This document shows positions 1 to 8,081 of a stretch of 64,000 nt of DNA, piece after piece. A program made the translations under genes and the position numbers. The notes under the pieces are model-generated. The model had not been told where the DNA came from. It was given only the letters and a program-made list of their open reading frames with translations, and did no database searches. This DNA comes from a virus (taxonomy: Duplodnaviria; Caudoviricetes): the IMG/VR virus record IMGVR_UViG_2871841451_000001, positions 2,813 through 66,812 of that record; one strand, given 5' to 3'. The first letter of the stretch is position 1; each line of letters begins with the position of its first letter.

Positions 1-1551
1 GTTATATGATGTGAGCGAAACCGGAGATTGGTTTGGCACGCCGTCGATCTCACGTATCTGAAACGTCTGGCAACTGTCATCGCTGTACCACATCACGGCC
101 GGGCGCGTTGCATTGCTTTGGGTACGAAGAAACCCGACAACTCGCGAACCGTAAACCTGAATAGTTGGCTCAACGAGCATTGGCGTGTTGTTCATTTCAG
201 CGGCAGTGAAAATCACAGCCTTCGTCATTGATGCCAGGTTGTTCGGGTTGAACTGAACGATCCCTACTTCGCCGTCGTAGAAATGGTATCCGAACGCAAT
301 GTTTCCATTCGGTAACACAGCAAAAGAGTGCATGAGAACTGGTGCTTTACCGGTGGAATCATAGAGCGGTACCGGGTCAAGAACCGGCGTATAGACCGAG
401 CCATCATTGGCGCTTTTATAGAGCACGCATTTGCTTTGCGATTCATCAGAGACGCGGCGAAAACGTGCGGCCATCCAGATATTAGCACCGTCAGAACCAG
501 CCCCCCAGGCAGATACTCCCTGCGGCCACGTAACGGGATCAGTGTTTGACAAGCGCGGCGCCGGCCTCGACCACGCTGTGCCATCTTCAGACATTTGCTG
601 ATAGACGCTCAACGAGGCATTGCTGTGGGTATCGCCGACGTTATAGAGGCAGTACGCCTTGTTTTTGTGGCTGAACACCTTCCCCTGGGGCCAGGCACAG
701 TACATCCCCGCATCGGTGATAGGCTCAACGGTAACCGACGAAATCAGATTGAGGATCTCGGCAAGCGTTGTTCCCTTGTGCCCTATCATACCGGCGCCGC
801 CTGGATTGCCGCGTGAAGCAAGATCGGCGGCCAGGTCGGTGCGCGTCGCATCGTCAAGATTGACCAGCTTTACCAACCCCTGTGAGTCAGTAACGAAAAC
901 CTTGTTTGCCGTATCTCCGGTCAGGATTGGCTGCGCGTACGGGAACCTGACGGTTTTACCCAAGGCGACACCGGTTTCAGTACGGATGTCGATATCAGAT
1001 GCAATGCGTTCTGCACGCTCACGCGCCAAGGCATCAGCCGCGCCGGCTTCTGCGTCTGCGATTTCAGAGTCAACATAACGCTTTGTGGCGGCGTCCTGGT
1101 TAGCCACAGGATCGCCAAGGTTAGAAATGCGGTTGCCTTGAGCATCATAGAACTTCGCCAACCAGTTTGGTTTTCGCAGCGCCAATGATGCAAATGACCA
1201 TGTCTGCTGGATCAACATCGTCAGCTTATCCCAGGCATCCTCATGCACTTCTGGGAAGAAGTTCCCCTGGTTGCGTACATCCGTTTCCTGAGTAAGTGGT
1301 AAATCACGCTCGATATTGATTTTCCACCCTGCAGCTAGAGGGCTGGCCAACTTCACTTTGCCACCCGACCGCAGACCTGCGCCGGTCACAGAGTAGTCAG
1401 TATTAAGGGTTAGGTTGATGATATTCTCTGACAAATCAACAACTGATACAGAAAGCTGATCATCAGTGAACACGCGAAATCTGTAATCAAAGTCCGTTGT
1501 CACACCATTCCCGGTGTACTCCTCGCGATCGACTTCAGTTGATACGGTCAT
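1..1551 (-). CDS. Podoviral tailspike, C-terminus off-window; T7 gp17/epsilon15 gp20-like N-terminal anchor plus endosialidase-like beta-propeller
   Basis: Absent from the ORF track because it runs off the left edge. Partial manual translation from ATG 1551 gives MTVSTEVDREEYTGNGVTTDFDYRF...QETDVRNQGNFFPEVHEDAWDKLTMLIQQ, then ITDAGMYCAWPQGKVF and Asp-box-like SEDGTAW and YSDDSCQTF. Confidence 0.85.
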   Translation of the reverse strand, partial: MTVSTEVDREEYTGNGVTTDFDYRFRVFTDDQLSVSVVDLSENIINLTLNTDYSVTGAGLRSGGKVKLASPLAAGWKINIERDLPLTQETDVRNQGNFFPEVHEDAWDKLTMLIQQTWSFASLALRKPNWLAKFYDAQGNRISNLGDPVANQDAATKRYVDSEIADAEAGAADALARERAERIASDIDIRTETGVALGKTVRFPYAQPILTGDTANKVFVTDSQGLVKLVNLDDATRTDLAADLASRGNPGGAGMIGHKGTTLAEILNLISSVTVEPITDAGMYCAWPQGKVFSHKNKAYCLYNVGDTHSNASLSVYQQMSEDGTAWSRPAPRLSNTDPVTWPQGVSAWGAGSDGANIWMAARFRRVSDESQSKCVLYKSANDGSVYTPVLDPVPLYDSTGKAPVLMHSFAVLPNGNIAFGYHFYDGEVGIVQFNPNNLASMTKAVIFTAAEMNNTPMLVEPTIQVYGSRVVGFLRTQSNATRPAVMWYSDDSCQTFQIREIDGVPNQSPVSLTSYN

Positions 1552-1636
1552 GTTTTAGCTCCGATGGTGTGCTTTTTGCTCATTTTAGCCACCAACAAAC
1601 CCTATATGAATTGAATTATGTGATAACATTATTCTT

Positions 1637-1653
1637 ATTACCATTAAGGTAAT
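1637..1653. promoter_or_regulatory. ATTACC-N5-GGTAAT palindromic operator
   Basis: ATTACCATTAAGGTAAT; the same motif recurs at 3209, 20298 and 23478. Confidence 0.7.
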
Positions 1654-1688
1654 TATCTTGCGCATATTGCTAAACTAATCATTTTTAT

Positions 1689-1708
1689 ATATGGTTATTT
1701 ATACAGTA
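1689..1708 (+). promoter_or_regulatory. Degenerate LexA (SOS) box upstream of antirepressor
   Basis: ATG-GTTATTTATA-CAG-TA, i.e. CTG-N10-CAG with C>A in the left half-site. Confidence 0.55.
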
Positions 1709-1737
1709 GTCACACGCTGAGCGAGGTGCATTAGGAA

Positions 1738-1986
1738 ATGAAGAGGTACAGCTACCCGGCCAGCAGGATGCTGGAGAAAAGCGTTAACACGCGCGAAGGG
1801 ATTGCGGGATTAGCTAAGGCTTCACTACTGGAAACGCTGCTGAAGGAACTCGATGATGACGGTTCGGATATCGGCGGTGCTATGCTGGAACTGAATGCTT
1901 TAGTGAACTATGTCACACAAAATGAAAAAATGAAGGAACAAATCAAAACACATTCGCAATTTATTACTCACCAGTTGGAACAATAA
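1738..1986 (+). CDS. ant: SPC32H/epsilon15-type small antirepressor
   Basis: LLKELDDDGSDIGGAMLELNALVNYVT resembles SPC32H Ant as recalled; divergent from the tailspike; SOS-like box upstream. Confidence 0.75.
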   Translation: MKRYSYPASRMLEKSVNTREGIAGLAKASLLETLLKELDDDGSDIGGAMLELNALVNYVTQNEKMKEQIKTHSQFITHQLEQ

Positions 1987-2220
1987 TTACCATCGTCAAT
2001 ACCTCGCCGGGCCTAGCCCGGCTGCTGACCAGGTAATTTTTTTCAATCCCGCTCGCAAAATAGTTACCAAATTGGTACATTTACTTTCTCGCAAACCTGC
2101 GCCACAGTGATAGCGCATCAGCAAAATCTGATGCCGGGATTGGTCTCCTGAAATATAGTCACAGCGCACATGACACGCGCTTAGCGTGTTTTTTTGTTTG
2201 TGCGGTCCAGCTACATCTCA

Positions 2221-2302
2221 ATGGTGGGCTGGGCAGGGGCATCGCAAGATGCGCCGGTTCCCTGTGACGCCGGTAAGACCAACTCTGTCCAGTTCACCAC
2301 CA
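2221..2302 (+). ncRNA. C4-like antisense RNA (P1 c4 / P4 CI family)
   Basis: Closed by ATGGTGGGCTGG...CCAGTTCACCA; inner CTGTGAC and AGACCAA are complementary to GTCACAG and TTGGTCT found both upstream (2138-2164) and downstream (2307-2346, over the next RBS). Confidence 0.8.
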
Positions 2303-2357
2303 GCCAGATTGGTCTCTGCGGTGGTGAGTTTAAAACTCAGTCACAGGAGACGTCACT

Positions 2358-3098
2358 ATGACAGCTCAAACAAAACCAACCGTTTTCTCTTTCGAAGCTT
2401 CTAACCCTATCCGTGCGATCAGCATTGAAGGCTCGCCCTGGTTCGTGACAAAAGATGTTTGCGATGCATTGCGGCTGACAAACTCGCGAATGGCGATGAA
2501 GGCTCTAGACGAAGATGAAAAGGGAGTAAGTTCAACTTACACCCTTGGTGGAAAACAGGATTTGTCCATCATCTCCGAATCCGGCCTCTACACGCTGATC
2601 CTGCGCTGCCGCGACGCGGTGACGCCTGGCACTATCCCCTACCGGTTCCGCAAGTGGGTAACGTCCGAAGTTCTGCCGGCAATCCGCCAGACTGGCCAGT
2701 ACCGGCATCGGGCACCGGAGACGTTATCTGACCTGGCAGGCACAGGAACCACGATGACAGTTCGCGACGCGCGCCGCGGCAAGAAGAAGACCAGCGGCAA
2801 GACCGCAAGCCGGATCGCTGATGCGTGCGTGCCGGTTATCCTGGAAGCCATGCGTGACCAGTACCACTACGCCAACACGAACGTTGGACCAGAAGAAGTG
2901 ATCCCCGCCCTGCTCAGCGACGAGCGCAACCTGCAGATCACCGCGTTGGTTGAAGAGCTGGCAGACAATGGCCACAACGTCGCCGGCGTCGTGCGTGAAG
3001 TCGAGGTGATGCGCTACTACATCCTGCAGTGCGCCAAGAACATGGCGGCGATCGCCACGCACGCAGCATTCATCTCAAAGCAGACGAAGGTGCAGTAA
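2358..3098 (+). CDS. Bro-N domain antirepressor with Ant-like C-terminus
   Basis: Bro-N motifs PWFVTKDVCDAL, ISESGLYTLI and FRKWVTSEVLPAIRQTG. Confidence 0.85.
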   Translation: MTAQTKPTVFSFEASNPIRAISIEGSPWFVTKDVCDALRLTNSRMAMKALDEDEKGVSSTYTLGGKQDLSIISESGLYTLILRCRDAVTPGTIPYRFRKWVTSEVLPAIRQTGQYRHRAPETLSDLAGTGTTMTVRDARRGKKKTSGKTASRIADACVPVILEAMRDQYHYANTNVGPEEVIPALLSDERNLQITALVEELADNGHNVAGVVREVEVMRYYILQCAKNMAAIATHAAFISKQTKVQ

Positions 3099-3181
3099 TC
3101 ATCGACCACGCGATCGGGAAGATGTGAGCAAAGCAGGTGCTTTGTGGTCAACGACAGAGTTCAATATGCAACCAACAACCC

Positions 3182-3225
3182 TTGCAACCAACATTACCAG
3201 TTAGTAATATTACCGAAGTGGTAAT
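3182..3225 (+). promoter_or_regulatory. Sigma70-like promoter overlapped by ATTACC-N5-GGTAAT operator
   Basis: TTGCAA-17-TAATAT, then ATTACCGAAGTGGTAAT at 3209-3225. Confidence 0.6.
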
Positions 3226-3299
3226 CCGCTAGAAAGCCGATACCCAAGCTAGATAAGTAAGATTACCTAGCGTTAGAAGAAGGAGAAGGAGCAAAACCT

Positions 3300-3332
3300 A
3301 TGAAAAAATTTGATGAGTTTGATGGCTTCTAA
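3300..3332 (+). CDS. 10-aa leader peptide MKKFDEFDGF
   Basis: AGGAG RBS upstream; followed by a terminator-like hairpin at 3351-3375. Confidence 0.45.
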   Translation: MKKFDEFDGF

Positions 3333-3376
3333 ATGCCATAGGGTGTTGATAGGCGGGCTAACCACCCGCCTTTTTC

Positions 3377-3916
3377 ATGGAAAAAACAATGAACATCGAT
3401 CCAGTAACAATGCAAATAGTTAGCAATGCAATTGTATTGCTTGGGGTGGTTGTTGCAATTTTCACCATCTGGTACAACATCAGAACTGCAAAAAAAACTC
3501 AGACTGCAATTTTCTTGTTCGAAAGCAGGACAGACAAAGAATACATAGAGTCATTGCATATTCTTAGAAAAGTGCACGAGTCAGGAAAGTCTTTTAGGTC
3601 TTATGTGTTCCCATGCGGTGGCGCAGAATTAACGGAAGAAGAAAAGAACGAAAAGAGAAAATTTCAGTATATTTTGAATTTTTATGAGCGAGTGGCAGTG
3701 AGCATCCAAAATGGAATTTATAACGAGGATATGATCAAAAAGACATCTTACTCGACAGTTATAGATACTTGGAATCATGCAGAGCCGCTAATTAAAGCCA
3801 TCAGAGAAAGCATTAGCTCTAAAACAACCTATCAAGAATTTGAGTGGCTTGCCAATAGATGGAAAGACTCACCGCTAAGAGAGACTTCAAAGCGACGCTG
3901 GTACCACTCATCATAA
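3377..3916 (+). CDS. DUF4760-like membrane-anchored moron protein
   Basis: N-terminal TM; ILNFYERVAVSIQNGIYNEDM and YQEFEWLANRW pattern; low GC. Confidence 0.7.
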   Translation: MEKTMNIDPVTMQIVSNAIVLLGVVVAIFTIWYNIRTAKKTQTAIFLFESRTDKEYIESLHILRKVHESGKSFRSYVFPCGGAELTEEEKNEKRKFQYILNFYERVAVSIQNGIYNEDMIKKTSYSTVIDTWNHAEPLIKAIRESISSKTTYQEFEWLANRWKDSPLRETSKRRWYHSS

Positions 3917-3918
3917 GT

Positions 3919-3941
3919 AAAGCCCGCCTAGCGGGCTTTTT
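3919..3941. terminator. Bidirectional intrinsic terminator
   Basis: AAAGCCCGCctaGCGGGCTTTTT between convergent genes. Confidence 0.8.
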
Positions 3942-3984
3942 GTTGGGTAGTGATCGCGGGGCTTGGTGGGTGGTGTGTCGGTGA

Positions 3985-4680
3985 TTATTGGAAATAAGCA
4001 TTCATTTCATTGCCATCACCCTTTGCGTAACCACTTGCTTTCTCAGTTAGATTCTCTGTAAAGAATGGCCTGGAAATAAAGAACAGCATTTTTAAGTCTC
4101 TTCTGTCGTTCAAATCCATGGCTGTGCTTACTGCCGTCGTTCTCCACAGTGACTCTTCTTTTCCAGATCGAAGACCAGCTGCATCATATGATTCAACTTT
4201 GAAACCTGTAGAGTAGAAGGTATCGGTAACCTGCTGAGTTACTGCTCCAGTAACACCATATGTAGGCGTATAGGTAGTCGTGGTGCTTAAATTGCCACCC
4301 CCGCCATAACTTGGCGTGACAGTACCATATGTAGTTGCAGAGCTCACTCCGGTCTGCCCCCAAATTGGCACAACCTCTTCACGAGTATTGCTTACCCCGC
4401 CATCATGCCAATAGTTAAGGAATATAGCTTGGTCAGCAATATTTTTATCACTAACTTTCTGATACCCCTTTTCTTTCAGAACTCTATCCAAATATTTTTC
4501 AACCTGAGCAAAATAAAGCTGGTCATTTTGCTTTAGCTCTGCCCTCGCGGGCAGGACTATGTATTTTTTTCCAACTGACTTACCTGAAGATAAAGAGTCT
4601 ACAGTTACATATGGTCCGTTATTACTTGCGCATCCAGAAAGAAAAACAGCCATAACAAGAGTAATTATTATCTTTCTCAT
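3985..4680 (-). CDS. Lipoprotein moron (possible superinfection exclusion)
   Basis: Lipobox FLSG-C; low GC; directly after the ejection-protein genes. Confidence 0.7.
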   Translation of the reverse strand: MRKIIITLVMAVFLSGCASNNGPYVTVDSLSSGKSVGKKYIVLPARAELKQNDQLYFAQVEKYLDRVLKEKGYQKVSDKNIADQAIFLNYWHDGGVSNTREEVVPIWGQTGVSSATTYGTVTPSYGGGGNLSTTTTYTPTYGVTGAVTQQVTDTFYSTGFKVESYDAAGLRSGKEESLWRTTAVSTAMDLNDRRDLKMLFFISRPFFTENLTEKASGYAKGDGNEMNAYFQ

Positions 4681-4691
4681 TATTCACCTAA

Positions 4692-7600
4692 CTATTTAAG
4701 TTGTTCCTCCACTCTGTTCAGAAGTGGAGAGATATAAAACAGGTTCTGATATGGTAGCAACTTCCTGACCGCATGTGTCTGCTTGTCGTCAAATTCTCCG
4801 TTAAGCACACCATTAGCGATAACCGCCCCATCACCGGCCATATCGAAGGTTGGCCCCATCAGGGCGCCGATTGCGTTACGGCTCTGGAAACGTGACACCG
4901 GCGGCGCGCCAAACATGGCGCCAAGGCCGAACCGGCCGCCGCTGATATTCTCCACGGCGTTCAGTGGCTCCGACAACCAGCCGATCATGCCGGCGCGGTC
5001 TATACCCTCTTTCACAAGGTTGTTAGGGCTGTAGTCGATATCACGGCCGCTGAGCTTTTGCTTCATAACGTAGACCATTGCACCGAGCGCGATAGTCCCC
5101 ATGGCTCCGAGATAAAACGATGCATCGCCCTGCTGGATGCCAGACGCGATCACCCGGTTATGCTGCGCGAAAATGAACGTCTTGAACTGCAGGAGCATCT
5201 TACCAACTTCCTTGCTCATCACCAGCGGTGTATCGCCAACGCCGGGCGTGACAACGGTAGAGTCAACATCTTTCAAAACGGCAGACTGGAAAGTCTCTCG
5301 CACTACGCGATCGTCCCACAGATGGCTATGGCCAGTCAGAAGCCCATCCATATCCTCACCATGTTTCGCAAACTGATCACCAATACGGCGCAACATGCTC
5401 TGATCGATGCCAACTTGGGCCATCTTTCTGATTTCCTTCTGCGGAACTTCCTTCCCAGTTACCAACAGCTGTGCATTGCCCAGGATACGGGACTGAACGA
5501 TAAGGCCGGACCATGACTTCAGGGCGCTATTCCACTGGTTCATCAGCGTCCAGTTACCAAACTTCTGCGTACCCCAGTTAATTCCACGCTCGAAAGCAGA
5601 GCGTCGGCTGTAGGGGTCAGTGAGATCAGCAATAGCCTTGGTTCTGGTAGACAACACATAATCCAAGCCGACAGCCATTTCACGCAGGTCTTTGGTTGCC
5701 ACTTTCACCGCGGCCATGTTTCGTAGCATGGCGCCCATAGGGCGCAGTGATTTTCTTAAACCATGCTGCATGACAGGGCGCATCAAATCGGTCGCGGCTG
5801 ATATTGTCATGCCACCCAGCAGGCGCAGGAAGTTGACGTTTCTCGCGACACGGCCGGCACGTACGAAGAAACTGCGTGGATCATTAGGCGCACCATAAGT
5901 GCCAATAAGTCTATCCCTCATTGCATTAATATCGCGTAGGTCAGCCTCTCGTTGCTTCTCGAGCTTGGCGCGCTCCTTCGGCGTCTTGGCATCTTTGATC
6001 AGCTTGGTGTATTCCTCCGATACCTGTCGGATCTGCTCACCCATATCTTTGCTACCGAATTGCGCGGTTAGTTCGATTTCTGGCCCTACCTGGCGTAGAT
6101 AGCTTTCCATGACGTGGTTGATGTCAGACTCCAAAAAGTCCTCAATCCGTTCATCTGGGATAAGCAGGCTTCGGCTCTTCGTGAAGCCAGCGCGGCCGAT
6201 TATTTTTTCAGGCAGCAGCTGAGCGGGAACCAGGCCAGAAGGAGCGCCAATAATCTTGTTGACGATCTCATCTGCGGCATCCTCGGCTTCCTCTCGTGTA
6301 AGTGGCTCCATCGCCTTCAGCGCGCGCTCACGGCTTGCATTCAGTCTGGTCGTGGAGTTGGCCTTCTTCTGCAGCTTGCGCAGCTCTGAGCGGTGCTTGC
6401 GTGGGTTATCAAGCAACTCAAGATGTCGCTGCAGGGTTGGAAGCTCCTCCTTTGCCCTGGCAACGTCATCCAGCTTGGTGCGCAAGTCAGAAACCTCTTT
6501 GTTAAGACGGGTGATCAGCTTCTGATTTTTGGCTGTGGCCAGTTGCGCCTGTTGCTTCTCCAGCCTAGCTGTTAAGTCCTGTTCTTGGCCGATCATTTTC
6601 GTCCTGTTGCCAACCTCATCCATAAGTTCAGTTTTACGGCCAGACCATGACTCTGCCGCGGCAATTTCGTCAGCCAATGCTTTTGCGCGCGGTTCGGCCT
6701 CTGCTGCTGCAGACAGACCTGAATCGATCTTCTCAATGCGCGCGCTGGCCGCATCGGCACCTTTTGTGCTGATACCCTGGAGCCAGTTTGCAATGCGACT
6801 TCGGAACTCAGTGCGATCAGAAATAATCTTGTCGAACTTATAAATGCGAGGCAGATAACTTTGCGCAGTTGAAACATCAATGTCCTCTGGCAATATACCC
6901 AGCTCCTGCATACGGGCCTTAGTCGCTTCAAACATCGGCCTAATCTTCGATGCTGCCAGGGCAACCTCTGGAATATCACTCTGATCGCCACGGCGCATTG
7001 CCATGCCAATAGCTTCGTTAAAATCAACAAAGTTCATTCGCTTACCGCCGGCAGCTCGGATGTTTTTGCTGTATGCCTGATATGCGTCCTTGGTAGACTC
7101 CATCTGCTTATACAGCATGGCATCATATTGCTTAATCTTGGTTTCTGCCGCTGTAAACGTGGCAATCCCTTCGTCGTTTTTGGCAAAGAAATAGTTGTTC
7201 TCTGCAAGTTGCTGACCAATTGCGCGCGACGCGCGGGACGGTGATTGAGCCAGGCGACCGCCAGGATTAACGCTCAGCGTTTTGTTGATTAACCCAACGC
7301 CGGCCAGTTGTTCCTGATCCAGCGTTGTGTTGAAGACCTGCGCCGCGCCAATGCTCTGAGGCGAATCATTGCCACGTAGGTTATTGGCAACGGCTTGGGA
7401 TACGGAAGTTCGCTGCCCGGCGCCAGCAAGCAACTGCGCGCCAGCCCCGAGGATGCCGCCAACCATAGCGTCAACAGCAACGTTAACTGCACTTTCCTCA
7501 AATGTGCGAGTTTCTTGTGTGGCGCTAAGCGCGGCCTCTGATGCGATACCACCGACGGCATTGGCCAAAGCAAATCTGCCAGCGGTAGCCGCAATCTCAC

Positions 7601-8081
7601 CACCGCGCACCACAGCGCCGGCGGGGACAAACATCGATGCCAGGTTGATAGGATCAATTAGCCCCATGGCCAAGCTTGCTATTGTCCCGGCACCGCCTGT
7701 TTCTGAAAGATATTGCCTGTCCTGCATCTGCTGATCTATACGCTGCTTTATAGCGCGCGTCTCGTCAGGAGAGCCGGCATCAATGAATGAGTCTGCGTAA
7801 TCCTCATATCCTTTAAGATCGGCCGCATCATTGTCGAAGGGGTTATAACCATCAACCTTGTCAAACTGGCTGAATGGCGCAGTAGCGATAAAGCTACCCA
7901 GCGAGTTATCTATGCGAAAAGCTGCATCCCGGGAGCTTTTAATTTGCTGGTCGCCGGTGAATGGATTCAACGCAGACAACAATGAGGGCGATTCAAAATA
8001 GGATGAGCTATCATCAGGTTGAGGTATATTTTGAACATCCGCAGATAGCAGATCATCAGGCTTCATCTCATACGTTGGCAT
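4692..8081 (-). CDS. Large internal virion / DNA ejection protein
   Basis: 1129 aa, largely helical; last of three ejection genes in epsilon15-like order. Confidence 0.8.
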   Translation of the reverse strand: MPTYEMKPDDLLSADVQNIPQPDDSSSYFESPSLLSALNPFTGDQQIKSSRDAAFRIDNSLGSFIATAPFSQFDKVDGYNPFDNDAADLKGYEDYADSFIDAGSPDETRAIKQRIDQQMQDRQYLSETGGAGTIASLAMGLIDPINLASMFVPAGAVVRGGEIAATAGRFALANAVGGIASEAALSATQETRTFEESAVNVAVDAMVGGILGAGAQLLAGAGQRTSVSQAVANNLRGNDSPQSIGAAQVFNTTLDQEQLAGVGLINKTLSVNPGGRLAQSPSRASRAIGQQLAENNYFFAKNDEGIATFTAAETKIKQYDAMLYKQMESTKDAYQAYSKNIRAAGGKRMNFVDFNEAIGMAMRRGDQSDIPEVALAASKIRPMFEATKARMQELGILPEDIDVSTAQSYLPRIYKFDKIISDRTEFRSRIANWLQGISTKGADAASARIEKIDSGLSAAAEAEPRAKALADEIAAAESWSGRKTELMDEVGNRTKMIGQEQDLTARLEKQQAQLATAKNQKLITRLNKEVSDLRTKLDDVARAKEELPTLQRHLELLDNPRKHRSELRKLQKKANSTTRLNASRERALKAMEPLTREEAEDAADEIVNKIIGAPSGLVPAQLLPEKIIGRAGFTKSRSLLIPDERIEDFLESDINHVMESYLRQVGPEIELTAQFGSKDMGEQIRQVSEEYTKLIKDAKTPKERAKLEKQREADLRDINAMRDRLIGTYGAPNDPRSFFVRAGRVARNVNFLRLLGGMTISAATDLMRPVMQHGLRKSLRPMGAMLRNMAAVKVATKDLREMAVGLDYVLSTRTKAIADLTDPYSRRSAFERGINWGTQKFGNWTLMNQWNSALKSWSGLIVQSRILGNAQLLVTGKEVPQKEIRKMAQVGIDQSMLRRIGDQFAKHGEDMDGLLTGHSHLWDDRVVRETFQSAVLKDVDSTVVTPGVGDTPLVMSKEVGKMLLQFKTFIFAQHNRVIASGIQQGDASFYLGAMGTIALGAMVYVMKQKLSGRDIDYSPNNLVKEGIDRAGMIGWLSEPLNAVENISGGRFGLGAMFGAPPVSRFQSRNAIGALMGPTFDMAGDGAVIANGVLNGEFDDKQTHAVRKLLPYQNLFYISPLLNRVEEQLK

